From positions 4,075 to 68,074 of the forward strand of contig JAXLRB010000020.1 of NCBI GenBank assembly GCA_046331325.1: DNA of 64,000 bases. Direction: 5' to 3'. Position 1 is the stretch's first letter. Each line of letters opens with the position of its first letter. The notes under the pieces were generated by a model. That model saw only the letters and a list, made by a program, of their open reading frames with translations. It was not told the DNA's origin and did not search any database. Shown in pieces: positions 9,796 through 19,585 of the stretch. The translations under genes were made by a program, and so were the position numbers. This DNA comes from Vicinamibacterales bacterium. GTDB lineage: Bacteria; Acidobacteriota; Vicinamibacteria; Vicinamibacterales; UBA2999.

Positions 9796-12141
9796 GTGCG
9801 GATGCGTCGACCGCTCGCTGCGTTCTTCTCCGTCGCTCCGCTCGTATTCGCGCTGGCCGCCTGTTCGTCTCCGGCCGCTCCTCCCGCCGCCGCTCCCGCC
9901 TCGCTCGACGACGTCGCGAAGGGCGCGCTGGCGGCCATCGACGGCACGCTGAAGGCGCCGGGGCTCAAGGCGCCGGTCGAGATCCTGCGCGACGCCGCCG
10001 GCATCCCGCACATCTACGCGCAGAACGACGACGACCTGTTCTTCGCGCAGGGCTACGTGATGGCGCAGGACCGGCTGTGGCAGCTCGAGATGTGGCGCCG
10101 ATGGCGCGAGGGCCGCCTGGCCGAGATCTTCGGACCGAGCGCCGTGGACTTCGACGCGCGCACGCGCCTGATGATGTATCGCGGTCCATACGACGCCACG
10201 GAGTGGACCAGCTATCACCCCGACGCGGAACGGCTCTTCACCGCGTGGGCCAACGGCCTGAACGCGTTCGTCGCCACGCACAAGGACGCCCTGCCGGTGG
10301 AATTCCAGCTCACCGGCCTGACGCCCGAGCCATGGACCGCGAAGACGCTCACGCTACGCTGGGCGCAGGTGAATCTCGACAGCGCCAGCGGCACGCCGGC
10401 CGAGGAACTCGCGCTGGCGCTGAGCGCGGCGAAGATCGGCGTGGCCGCGGCCAACAAACAGGCGGCGCCGGATCCATGGGACGACCTCACCGTCGCCGAC
10501 GGCCTCGATCTGAAGACGATCCCCGCCGCCGCGCTCGAGGCCGCGCGCAAGGGCGACGGCAACCCGTTCGCGCCGGGCGTGCTGGCCACGGTGGGCATCC
10601 TGCCGAAGTACGCATCGATGTTCGGGCCGCAGAAGCTGGCGCTCTTCCAGCCGCCGCTGCTGCCGCAGGACATGGACGGCAGCAACAACTGGGTCATCAG
10701 CGGCAAGCTGTCGAAGACCGGCGTGCCGATCGTGTCGAACGACCCGCACCGCAACATCGAGATGCCGTCGCTGCGCTACTTCATCCACCTGGTGGCGCCG
10801 GGATGGAACGTGATCGGCGGATCCGAGCCGCCATTCGTCGGCGTCGACGCCGGCAGCAATGACTCGATGGCCTGGGCGTTCACGTTCGCCGGCATCGACA
10901 TGGTCGACACGGTGATCGAAGAGACCAATCCCGCCGACGCCAATCAGACGAAGTTCAACGGCGCGTGGGAGCCGATGAAGACCATCCGCGAGGAGATCCG
11001 CGTGAAGGGCGAATCGGCCCCGCGCGTGGTGGAGCTGAAGTTCACCCGCCACGGACCCGTGTTCTTCGAAGACGCCGAGCACCATCGTGCCTACGTGGCG
11101 CAGTCGGTGAACCAGCAGCCGGGCACCGCGCCCTTCAAGGGCTCGCTGAAGCTCGCGCAGGCGAAGAGCTGCGAGGACTTCTTCGATCGCGCCATGTCGT
11201 GGAAGGTGCCCACGCACAACCTGCTCTGCGGCGACACCAAGGGCAACATCGCGCTGCAGGTCAGCGGCCTCACGCCCGATCGCACGGGCTGGAGCGGCCG
11301 CCTGCCGGTGCCCGGCACCGGCAAGTACGAGTGGAAGGGCTTCCGCAGCGATCTGCCGCGCGAGTTCAACCCCGCGCGCGGCTTCATCGCGACCGCCAAC
11401 GACAACACGCATCCGCCCGGCTACAAGGGACGGCCGGTGCTGTATCGCACGTCGGTGGGCGTGGAGGTGTCGCGCATCGCGCGCATCCGCCAGATGCTCA
11501 GCACGGGCGAACGGTTCGGCATCCCCGAGCTGCAGAAGATGCAGCACGACTCGTACTCGCTGCGCGCCGAGCGCGACATGCCGCTCTTCACGGGCTGGAC
11601 GAGCCGGGATGCCGATGTGGAGAAGGCGCGAGCCGCGATCGCCGGGTGGGACAAGCGCATGACGGCCGAGAGCGTACCGGCCGCCATCTACGCGCGCTTC
11701 ACCACCACGCCGTCGGGCAAGGCGCTCGATGCCGGCGCGCCGCCGGCGAAGCGTCGCGCGCTCGTGGAATCGGGTCTGCGTGAAGCGATCGCCGACGCGA
11801 CGAAGGCGTGGGGCGCCGACTGGACCCAGTGGCGGTACGGCCGCCTGAACACCAGCGTGCTGCCGCACATGTTCGTGCCTGCGTTCAGCCTGCCCGAGGT
11901 GGAACGGCCCGGCGGCTTCAACACGGTGAACGCCACCGGCGCCAACTTCCGCCGCATCATCGACCTCTCGAACGTCGACAACTCGGTGGCCACGAACGCC
12001 CCCGGGCAGTCAGCGCAGCCAGGCAGCGAGTACTACGGCAACAACCGCGAGCGCCTGGCCAACGGCCAGTACTTCCCGCTGCCCTACACGCGCGCGGCGG
12101 TGGACAAGGCGGCCACGCACAAGCTCACGCTGACGCCGTAG
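9796..12141 (+). CDS. penicillin acylase family (Ntn-hydrolase, S45) lipoprotein; AHL/beta-lactam acylase-like
   Basis: Lipobox LVFALAAC. N-terminal alpha-subunit motifs RDAAGIPHIYA and FFAQGYVMAQDRLWQLE. Predicted autoprocessing/nucleophile site DGSNNWVISG. Confidence 0.85.
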   Translation: MRMRRPLAAFFSVAPLVFALAACSSPAAPPAAAPASLDDVAKGALAAIDGTLKAPGLKAPVEILRDAAGIPHIYAQNDDDLFFAQGYVMAQDRLWQLEMWRRWREGRLAEIFGPSAVDFDARTRLMMYRGPYDATEWTSYHPDAERLFTAWANGLNAFVATHKDALPVEFQLTGLTPEPWTAKTLTLRWAQVNLDSASGTPAEELALALSAAKIGVAAANKQAAPDPWDDLTVADGLDLKTIPAAALEAARKGDGNPFAPGVLATVGILPKYASMFGPQKLALFQPPLLPQDMDGSNNWVISGKLSKTGVPIVSNDPHRNIEMPSLRYFIHLVAPGWNVIGGSEPPFVGVDAGSNDSMAWAFTFAGIDMVDTVIEETNPADANQTKFNGAWEPMKTIREEIRVKGESAPRVVELKFTRHGPVFFEDAEHHRAYVAQSVNQQPGTAPFKGSLKLAQAKSCEDFFDRAMSWKVPTHNLLCGDTKGNIALQVSGLTPDRTGWSGRLPVPGTGKYEWKGFRSDLPREFNPARGFIATANDNTHPPGYKGRPVLYRTSVGVEVSRIARIRQMLSTGERFGIPELQKMQHDSYSLRAERDMPLFTGWTSRDADVEKARAAIAGWDKRMTAESVPAAIYARFTTTPSGKALDAGAPPAKRRALVESGLREAIADATKAWGADWTQWRYGRLNTSVLPHMFVPAFSLPEVERPGGFNTVNATGANFRRIIDLSNVDNSVATNAPGQSAQPGSEYYGNNRERLANGQYFPLPYTRAAVDKAATHKLTLTP

Positions 12142-12151
12142 CGCACGCGGG

Positions 12152-12167
12152 CGGGGCGATCGCCCCG
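12152..12167 (+). terminator. candidate stem-loop after the acylase gene
   Basis: Perfect 16-nt GC palindrome CGGGGCGATCGCCCCG, 11 nt after the TAG stop. No U-tract follows, so terminator function is speculative. Confidence 0.2.
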
Positions 12168-12215
12168 GCGTCGGGCACCACAAGATCTATCAAGCAGGGC
12201 GCGCGGCCGGGCCCT

Positions 12216-13064
12216 ATGCTTCCCGGCGTGAGCGTGACGGTGCGCGCGCTGTGGTACGTCGAGACTCACCTCGACGAGGATCTGTCGCTCGACGCGGTGG
12301 CGGCTGCGGTGGGGGTATCGCGCTACCACCTCACGCGCGCCTTCGGCGCCACGCTGGGCGTGCCGCTGGCCACCTACACGCGCGGCCGGCGGCTGTCGCG
12401 GGCGGCACACCGGCTCGCCGCCGGTGTGCCGGACATCCTCGCCCTCGCGCTCGACACCGGCTACAGCTCGCACGAGGCGTTCACGCGCGCGTTCGTGCAG
12501 CAATTCGGCGTGACGCCAGAGCAGGTGCGCCAGCAGGGGCACACCGGTGCGCTCGCCCTCGTGCCGCCGGTGCGCATGGACGAACCGGTCACGCAGCCCT
12601 TCGAGCCGCCACGCATCGAGCACGCGCCGACGATGCGCTTCACGGGCATCTCGGAACGGCATGCCGGCACCATCACCGCGCTACCCACGCAGTGGAGCCG
12701 CTTCATCCCGCTCGTCGGCCACGTGCCCGGGCAGGTCGGACGTGTCGTCTACGGCGTCACCTACAACGTCGACGAGACATCCGCGTTCGACTACATGTGC
12801 GGCGTCGAGGTGGAGGCCTTCCTCGGCAGCGATCCGCCGTTCTCGCGTCTCACCATCCCGGCGCAGACCTACGCCGTGTTCACGCACCGCGAGCACATCA
12901 CGTCGCTGGCGGCGATGATCGGCGCGGTGCTCGACCGCGCGCTCGGCGCCGCGGGCTACGCGCTGATGGATGGCCCCTTCTTCGAGCGCTACGACGAGCG
13001 CTTCGACGCCCGCACCGGCCACGGCGACGTCGAGGTGTGGTTCCCGGTGGCCGGAGATTCCTAG
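12216..13064 (+). CDS. AraC-family transcriptional regulator with GyrI-like effector-binding domain
   Basis: ATG 12216 within ORF 11808..13064. N-terminal HTH (LSLDAVAAAVGVSRYHLTRAF, GYSSHEAFTRAFVQQFGVTP). The C-terminal roughly 150 aa are GyrI-like (FFERYDERFDARTGHGDVEVWFPV). Confidence 0.8.
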   Translation: MLPGVSVTVRALWYVETHLDEDLSLDAVAAAVGVSRYHLTRAFGATLGVPLATYTRGRRLSRAAHRLAAGVPDILALALDTGYSSHEAFTRAFVQQFGVTPEQVRQQGHTGALALVPPVRMDEPVTQPFEPPRIEHAPTMRFTGISERHAGTITALPTQWSRFIPLVGHVPGQVGRVVYGVTYNVDETSAFDYMCGVEVEAFLGSDPPFSRLTIPAQTYAVFTHREHITSLAAMIGAVLDRALGAAGYALMDGPFFERYDERFDARTGHGDVEVWFPVAGDS

Positions 13065-13066
13065 CC

Positions 13067-13822
13067 ATGGCATCCCCCACCATTCCAGTCGCGACGAGGA
13101 AGGCGCGCGACCTTGCGCTCCTCGACCGGCGCTTCCATCTCGCCGCCGCCGTGGCCGCCGCGGCGATCACGGTGGTGGGGTTCAGCCCCACGTTCTTCGC
13201 CCGTCCAGCGACGCTGCCGGCGCTGCCGTCCCTGGTGGTGCTGCACGGCGTGGTGTTCACGGGGTGGCTCGTGGCCTACGCGCTGCAGGCGGCGCTCGTC
13301 ACGGCGCAGCGCCGCGACCTGCATCGCACTTTCGGCTACTGGTTCGTCGGACTCGGCGTGGCGATGGTGGTGCTGGGGCTCGTCACCGCGGTGGAAGCGG
13401 TGCGCCGCGACGCCGGCGGCGCGTTCGACGACGACCCCCGCGTGTTCATGGTGATCCCGTTCTTCGACTTCGTGCTGTTCGCGGGATTCCTCGGGGCGGG
13501 CTACGCGTGGCGCCGCTCGCCCGAGACCCACAAGCGGCTGATGCTGCTGGCCACGATCGACCTGATCGGTCCCGCCATCGCGCGCATGGCGCAGCAGTCG
13601 AGCCGCCCCCTGTTCTCGCAGCACTTCCCGATGTGGGCGTTCGCCGGCATGATGCTGTTCATCGCCGTCGCGTGCGTGTACGACCTGGTCACCAGGCGCC
13701 GTGTGCACCCGGCGTATCTCTGGGGCGCGTTCACGCTCACGGCGTCGGGCCCCATCCGGTTCACGCTCGGCGACACGGCCGCGTGGCTCGCGTTCGTGGA
13801 GTGGATGCTGCGCTGGCTGTGA
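13067..13822 (+). CDS. hypothetical integral membrane protein (about 6 TM)
   Basis: ATG 13067, 2 nt after the AraC stop. Several hydrophobic segments (AAVAAAAITVVGF, LVVLHGVVFTGWLVAYAL, WFVGLGVAMVVLGLV, FAGMMLFIAVACVY). No family recognised. Confidence 0.6.
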   Translation: MASPTIPVATRKARDLALLDRRFHLAAAVAAAAITVVGFSPTFFARPATLPALPSLVVLHGVVFTGWLVAYALQAALVTAQRRDLHRTFGYWFVGLGVAMVVLGLVTAVEAVRRDAGGAFDDDPRVFMVIPFFDFVLFAGFLGAGYAWRRSPETHKRLMLLATIDLIGPAIARMAQQSSRPLFSQHFPMWAFAGMMLFIAVACVYDLVTRRRVHPAYLWGAFTLTASGPIRFTLGDTAAWLAFVEWMLRWL

Positions 13823-13877
13823 CCGAGGCGGGCGGCTGACACCGGCGGCACCCCGTCGCGGTTACAGTAGGGGCGGC

Positions 13878-15206
13878 ATGCCCGAGTCCGCCGCTCCTTC
13901 CGCGCCCGCCTCCTGGCGCGATCGTCTGCCCGCGGGCGTGCGTCCGTACGTGGAGTCGGCGCCGCTGGCGGCCGCCACGCTCGGCATCTCGTCGGGCTTC
14001 GGCTTCGCGATGATCGCCGCCACGCTCACGACGCGGCTGGCGCAGTACGGCATCAAGAAGAGCGCGGTGACCGCGTTCGCGCTCACGTTCCTCGCCTACA
14101 ACTTCAAGTTCCTGTGGGCGCCGCTGGTCGACCACGTGCGGCTGCCGCTCATCGGGCGCTTCGGCCAGCGCCGGTCGTGGCTGTGGCTCGTCGGCACGCT
14201 GCTGATGGTGGCGGTGGTGTACCTCGGCAGCCTCGATCCCACCACTTCGCTGCCGCAGGTGGCGACCGCCGCGATTCTCGTCGGCGTGATCGGCGCCACC
14301 TACGACATCGTCATCGACGCGTATCGCATCGAGCTGCTCGAGCCGCATCAGCTCGGCGTCGGCTCGGGGATGTCGCAGTACGGCTGGCGCATCGGCTCGG
14401 CGACGTCGGGCGCGGTGGCGCTGCTCGTGGCCGCGCGCTACGGCTGGGCGGCGGCGTACTCGGTGTGCGCCATGTTCTCGCTGCCGGCCATGCTCACCGG
14501 CCTCGTGATGGGCGAGCCGTCGAGGCGCCGTCCGGCGCCGCCGATCACGGGTCTGGTGCAGGCCATCACGGCCTACTTCAGTCCGCTGGTCGAGTTCCTC
14601 AAACGTCGCGGCGCACTGGTGGTGCTGCTCTTCGTGCTCGTCCACAAAATCGGCGACACGCTGGCGAACCTGACCCTGCGCCTGCTCTTCGAGGATCTCG
14701 GCTTCACCAACGACGAGATCGCGTTCTACGACGTCGGAGTGGGCTTCTTCGCGCTGCTGGCCGGCGTGTTCGTGGGCGGCATCATGTACGCGGCCATGGG
14801 CATGAAGCGCTCCGTGTTCGTGAGCCTCGTGCTGATGGCAATCAGCAACTTCAGCTTCGCGGCGCTGGCCGCCGCCGGCCACAGCAACCTGGGCATGGCC
14901 GGCGCCATCGGCTTCGAGAACTTCGCCAGCGGCATCGGCGGCGTCACCGTGGTGGCGTACCTCTCGGCGCTCTGCAACCTGCGCTTCACGGCCACGCAGT
15001 ACGCGCTGCTCTCGGCCCTGGCCAGCATCGCCGGGCGGTTCCTCACCGGCACCACGGCGGGCTCGCTGATCGAGTCGATGGGCTTCGTGAACTTCTACCT
15101 GATGACGACCGCCATCGCGCTGCCCGGCGTGCTGATCTACGGCTACATGGTGAAGTCCGGCCTGGCCGACGTGTCGATCGGCTCCGCGGGCACCGACCGC
15201 GAGTAG
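13878..15206 (+). CDS. ampG: AmpG-family MFS permease (muropeptide transporter-like)
   Basis: ATG 13878 within ORF 13701..15206. AmpG-like motifs are YNFKFLWAPLVD, GRRRSW-like GQRRSWLW and TYDIVIDAYRIE. About 12-14 TM. Confidence 0.75.
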   Translation: MPESAAPSAPASWRDRLPAGVRPYVESAPLAAATLGISSGFGFAMIAATLTTRLAQYGIKKSAVTAFALTFLAYNFKFLWAPLVDHVRLPLIGRFGQRRSWLWLVGTLLMVAVVYLGSLDPTTSLPQVATAAILVGVIGATYDIVIDAYRIELLEPHQLGVGSGMSQYGWRIGSATSGAVALLVAARYGWAAAYSVCAMFSLPAMLTGLVMGEPSRRRPAPPITGLVQAITAYFSPLVEFLKRRGALVVLLFVLVHKIGDTLANLTLRLLFEDLGFTNDEIAFYDVGVGFFALLAGVFVGGIMYAAMGMKRSVFVSLVLMAISNFSFAALAAAGHSNLGMAGAIGFENFASGIGGVTVVAYLSALCNLRFTATQYALLSALASIAGRFLTGTTAGSLIESMGFVNFYLMTTAIALPGVLIYGYMVKSGLADVSIGSAGTDRE

Positions 15207-15222
15207 CGCACGAGTCCCCGCG

Positions 15223-16104
15223 TCAGGCGCGAGCGAACGTCCACGCCAGCAGGCGGCTCTTCTTCTGGCCCTGCGCCATGTCGATCACGCGTACGTAGGT
15301 GGCGGGCGTCTTCGCCAACGCGCGCTTCAGCACCGGCAGGTTCGCGCTCTTCGACACCATCGCCGTGAACCACACGCAGAGCGACGGACGCGTGGCGCTC
15401 TCGGCGATCATGCGCTGGATGAAGCCGACTTCCCCGCCCTCGCACACGAGCTCGGCGGAGCTGCCGCCGAAATTCAGCGCGGCGGCATCGCGCCCGAGCT
15501 TCAGGTTGCGGCGCTTGCGCGCGGAGCCGGCGGCGGCGATTTCGTGCGAGGCGTGAAACGGCGGGTTGCACGAGCAGGCCGCGAAGCGCTCGCCCACCGT
15601 GGTGACGTGCGCGAAGCACGATCGCACGTCGGGCTGATAGCGTCCCTCGATCAGGCCGGCGACGGATCGATTCAGCCGCACGATCTGTCGTGCCCAACGA
15701 TGCGATGCCTGATCCGCTTCCGCGGCCACGTAGCGCCATCCGTACTCGGAGGCGCCCAGCAGCGGCAGGATGCAGTTCGCGCCGGCGCACAGGTCGAGAA
15801 TCGCGATGTCGGAGCCACGCGGCGCGTCGGCCGCATCACCGCCGCCGAGGAGATCCGCGAGGTGATGGATGTAATCGAGGCGCCCAGGCACCGGGGGACA
15901 CAGCGCGCCATTCGGCAGGCTCCACTGCAGGCCGTAGGCCTCTTTCAGCAGCGCCTGGTTCAGCGTGAGCACCGCCACCGGATCCGCGAAGTTGATGGTC
16001 TCCTCGTCGCGCGGACTCCTCACGACGAACTTCGCCAGCGGCGGATGCGCCGCCACGAGCGTCGGGAAGTCGTAGCCGTCGCGGAAGCGGTTCAGGCGAT
16101 GCAT
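15223..16104 (-). CDS. rlmF: 23S rRNA (adenine-N6)-methyltransferase RlmF-like
   Basis: ATG 16104 within ORF 15223..16212. Motifs are LNQALLKEAYGLQWSLPNGALCPPVPGRLDYIHHLADLL, DLCAGANCI and the NPPF catalytic motif (CNPPFHAS). Confidence 0.8.
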   Translation of the reverse strand: MHRLNRFRDGYDFPTLVAAHPPLAKFVVRSPRDEETINFADPVAVLTLNQALLKEAYGLQWSLPNGALCPPVPGRLDYIHHLADLLGGGDAADAPRGSDIAILDLCAGANCILPLLGASEYGWRYVAAEADQASHRWARQIVRLNRSVAGLIEGRYQPDVRSCFAHVTTVGERFAACSCNPPFHASHEIAAAGSARKRRNLKLGRDAAALNFGGSSAELVCEGGEVGFIQRMIAESATRPSLCVWFTAMVSKSANLPVLKRALAKTPATYVRVIDMAQGQKKSRLLAWTFARA

Positions 16105-16259
16105 CGACCGGTCATCGCGAGACTCTACTACGTGCCGACCCGCTCCCGTGGGCCGGCCCCGGTGGGAACCGCCATTGTCGGTGGCCTGCTGATTCTGTAG
16201 GATGCCGCACACCGGCGCCGGGCGTCAGCGTCGGCCCCATCCCTCCGCCGGCGTCCCTG

Positions 16260-17408
16260 ATGATCTCCGACCCCACCGCGCTCATGGCGTTCCTGTTCGG
16301 GCTCATCGCCGCGTCGCGGTGGCTCGAGCGCGTGGTCCCCGCCGTGCAGCGGATCAGCTCGGCGGTGGTCTGCACGCTCGCGGGCATCGTGCTCGCCAAC
16401 GTCGGGGTGATTCCCCACGCCTCGCCGGTCTTCGACGCCGTCAACACCTACGCGGTGCCGTACGCCATCGTGCTCGTGATCCTCGGCTCCGACATCCGCG
16501 ACCTCGGCACGGCCGGACGCGCCATGCTCCTTGCGTTCGCGGCGGCCACGGTGGGCAGCTTCGCCGGCGCGCTCATCGCCGGGGTGCTCTTCGAGACGCG
16601 GCTGGGCGCCGACACCTGGAAACTGGCCGGCCAGTTCGCCGGGTCGTTCGTGGGCGGCGGCATGAACTTCGTGGCGGTCGGACGTGGCCTGGCGACCGAG
16701 CCGTCGTTGTTCGCGGCCGCCTCGGTCGTCAACAACCTCTCCACGGTGCCATGGATGCTGGCGCAGATGGCGCTGTTCGGCGTGCTCGCCCCCTACTATC
16801 GCGCCGACACCAGCGCCGGCGATGCCGAGGAGGCGGAGCGGCAGAGCGCGCGGATTCGCGATCAGTGGTCGCACGCCGATCTGTCGATCACGGCCATGGC
16901 GGTGCTGGCGGCCCTGCCGCTGGCCATCATGTGGGTGTCGGGGCTCCTGGCGCCCCTGCTGCCCGGGTTTCCCCTGGTGCTGTGGCAGACCACGCTGGCC
17001 CTGGTCGTCGCGCAGGTTCCAGCGGTGCGCCGCGTGCCGGGAGCGACGGTGCTGTCCTACTTCGCCCTGCACCTGTTCTTCGTCGTCATCGGCACGTCGT
17101 CGATCATCTCGGAACTCGCGTCGTCGTGGTTCCCGCTGCTGGCCTTCATGCTCACGATCATCGCCATCCACGCGGTGATCGCCTACGGCGTCGGCTGGCT
17201 CGCCGGCGTCGACCTGGCCACGGTCACGGTGGCCAGCCAGGCGGCCGTGGGCGGACCGGGATCGGCCCTGGCGCTGGCGATGTCGATGAAATGGCCGGCG
17301 CAGGTGACGCCCGGCATCATCGTCGGCATCTTCGGCTACGCCATCGGCAACTACATCGGCTTCAGCTGCGCCTGGGCCACGCGGGCCCTCATGGGAGGGG
17401 GAGGATGA
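16260..17408 (+). CDS. DUF819-like polytopic membrane protein
   Basis: 382-aa hydrophobic protein (FAGSFVGGGMNFVAVG, AAVGGPGSALALA). Family assignment is from memory. Confidence 0.65.
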   Translation: MISDPTALMAFLFGLIAASRWLERVVPAVQRISSAVVCTLAGIVLANVGVIPHASPVFDAVNTYAVPYAIVLVILGSDIRDLGTAGRAMLLAFAAATVGSFAGALIAGVLFETRLGADTWKLAGQFAGSFVGGGMNFVAVGRGLATEPSLFAAASVVNNLSTVPWMLAQMALFGVLAPYYRADTSAGDAEEAERQSARIRDQWSHADLSITAMAVLAALPLAIMWVSGLLAPLLPGFPLVLWQTTLALVVAQVPAVRRVPGATVLSYFALHLFFVVIGTSSIISELASSWFPLLAFMLTIIAIHAVIAYGVGWLAGVDLATVTVASQAAVGGPGSALALAMSMKWPAQVTPGIIVGIFGYAIGNYIGFSCAWATRALMGGGG

Positions 17409-18214
17409 GGATGCTCGACGGCCTGCACGCGGTGGTCACCGGGGCCTCGCGGGGACTCGGGGTGGGAGCCGCCGCGGCCCTCGCCGGCGCCGGAGCCCGC
17501 GTGACGATCGTGGCGGAGGAGCCGCGGGAACTCGAGCACGCGCAGCGCCTGCTGGCGGCCGAGGGCGCCGCCGTCGCCACCGCCTGCGTGGATCTGAGCG
17601 ACCGCGCCGCCGTGCTGGCGTTGGGCGAACGGCTGGGCGCCGGACCCGATGCCGCCGACGTGCTGGTCAACAACGCCGCCGTGCTGCCGATGCTGCCGGT
17701 GAACGCGACGACCGATGCGGTGTGGGATCGCACCCTGGCGGTGAACCTGACGGCGCCGTTCCTGCTCCTGCGCGCGGTGGCTCCGCGCCTCGCCGGCCGC
17801 GGCGGCTCCATCGTCAACGTGTCGTCGCGGGCCGGCATCGAGGGCTTCGCCGACGAGTCGGCCTACTGCGCCGCGAAGTTCGGTCTCGAGGGGCTGACCA
17901 GGGCAGTGGCGCTCGAGTGGCAGGGCACGGCGGTGTCGGTGAACACCGTGTCCCCGGGCACGCGAATCAAACCGACGGGCGTGACCACTGCCGCGTTCGC
18001 CGACTGGACCGCCGATCAGCGGGCGATCTTCCGCGATCCGCGCGAGCTCGGATCGGCGTTCGTGCTGCTGGCGATGCTGCGGGGCAGCCCCAGCGGCTGC
18101 CGCTTCGACCTGTGGCGCCTCGCCCAGGCCATCGCCGCCGACGGGTTCGACGCCACGCGGGCCCGGCTCGCCACCCTCGCCGAGCCGGTCAGCGCTTCGC
18201 GAAGTGCTCCATGA
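17405..18214 (+). CDS. short-chain dehydrogenase/reductase (SDR)
   Basis: ATGA overlap with the DUF819 stop. TGASRGLG cofactor motif, NNAA, and catalytic SxnYxxxK (SAYCAAK). Confidence 0.8.
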   Translation: MRMLDGLHAVVTGASRGLGVGAAAALAGAGARVTIVAEEPRELEHAQRLLAAEGAAVATACVDLSDRAAVLALGERLGAGPDAADVLVNNAAVLPMLPVNATTDAVWDRTLAVNLTAPFLLLRAVAPRLAGRGGSIVNVSSRAGIEGFADESAYCAAKFGLEGLTRAVALEWQGTAVSVNTVSPGTRIKPTGVTTAAFADWTADQRAIFRDPRELGSAFVLLAMLRGSPSGCRFDLWRLAQAIAADGFDATRARLATLAEPVSASRSAP

Positions 18215-19553
18215 TGGCGGCGGCGTACTTGATGCCCTGCAGGTAGCGGTCGACCCGGATGTTCTCGTCGGGCGCGTGCAGGTTGGCGCCCGGATTGGCG
18301 AAGCCCGTGAGCACGCAGGGAATCCACACGTGCCGCAGGATCGCGCCTTCCGCTGACACGCCGTTGACGACCGGCGCCTCGCCGTAGACCTCGGTGGCCG
18401 CGGCGATGATGGCCTGGCTGATGTCCTCCTTCACCGAGATCTTGTAGGGCGGTTCGGCGTCGGTGTTGGCGCGCACCTCGATGTGTTCGAAGCCGTGCTT
18501 CGCCAGGTGCGCCTTCAGCTTGCGCACGGCGTCGACCGGCTGGATGTTGGGAATCAGCCGGAAGTCCAGGCGGGCGCGGGCTTCGTTCGGCACGATCGTC
18601 TTGGTGCCCGGGCCGGTGTAGCCGGCGATGAGCCCCTGGATGTTCGCGGTGGGCTCGTACGAGCGGGCGCGCAGCGCGTCGACGCCATCGCGGCCGCCGG
18701 CGAAGGCGTCGATGCCCCACTCGTCCTTCATCGCCTGGAGGTTCACCCGGGCGGCCTTGTCGGCGAGCTGCTGCTCGTCGTCGGGGCCGAGCTGCCAGAT
18801 GCCCTCCTCCCAGCCTTCGATCAGGATCTTCCGGTCGCGGCTGAAAATCGTGTTGAGGGCCCAGATCAGCTCCCACACGGGCGCCGGCACGAGCGGGAAG
18901 TTGAGCGAGTGGATGTCGGTCCTGGCGCCGCGGGCGATGAGCTCGACGAACAGCACCGACTTCAGCCCCAGCGACACGTCGGGCACCGCGGTGCCGGTCT
19001 CCATCGAGCCGTCGAGACAATGCATGCCGTCGGCCGCGAGCAGCGGCTCGTTGGCGGCCGCCCAGGCGGCGAGGTGCGGAGAGCCGATCTCCTCTTCCCC
19101 CTCGATGAACAGCTTCAGGTTGCACGGCACCTCGCCTCGCACCTGCAGGAACGCTTTCGCGGCCTTGTTGAATGCCAGCACGCCCGACTTGTTGTCGGTG
19201 GCGCCGCGTCCGTAGAGCACGCCGTCGACGATCGCGGCCGACCACGGCCCGCCGTGGGTCCACTTGTCGAGCGGTTCGGGCGGCTGCACGTCGTAGTGCG
19301 AGTAGCAGAGGATCGTCCTGGCCGGCTGACGCGCCGCCTGCAGGTGGCCCAGGATCACCGGCGGACCGGCCTCGAGCTCGTGGAACTCGGCGGGCAGTCC
19401 GTCGGCGTGCATCATGTCGCGGAGGAGCGTCGCGCACTCGCGCAGGCCGACGTTCTGGGCCGAGATCGACGGCTGCTGCACGAAGCGCTGCAGGTCGCGC
19501 ACGCATTCGTCGGCGTGGGCGTCGATCCAGTCGTAGATGGGCTTCAGGCTCAT
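18189..19553 (-). CDS. M20-family metallopeptidase/deacylase (dipeptidase-like)
   Basis: ATG 19553 within ORF 18189..20195, preceded by GAGGA. M20 motifs are SHYDVQP, GRGATDNKSG and FIEGEEEIGSP. Confidence 0.8.
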   Translation of the reverse strand: MSLKPIYDWIDAHADECVRDLQRFVQQPSISAQNVGLRECATLLRDMMHADGLPAEFHELEAGPPVILGHLQAARQPARTILCYSHYDVQPPEPLDKWTHGGPWSAAIVDGVLYGRGATDNKSGVLAFNKAAKAFLQVRGEVPCNLKLFIEGEEEIGSPHLAAWAAANEPLLAADGMHCLDGSMETGTAVPDVSLGLKSVLFVELIARGARTDIHSLNFPLVPAPVWELIWALNTIFSRDRKILIEGWEEGIWQLGPDDEQQLADKAARVNLQAMKDEWGIDAFAGGRDGVDALRARSYEPTANIQGLIAGYTGPGTKTIVPNEARARLDFRLIPNIQPVDAVRKLKAHLAKHGFEHIEVRANTDAEPPYKISVKEDISQAIIAAATEVYGEAPVVNGVSAEGAILRHVWIPCVLTGFANPGANLHAPDENIRVDRYLQGIKYAAAIMEHFAKR

Positions 19554-19585
19554 GGCGTCCTCGTGACGAGCAACAGCGCGGCGGC

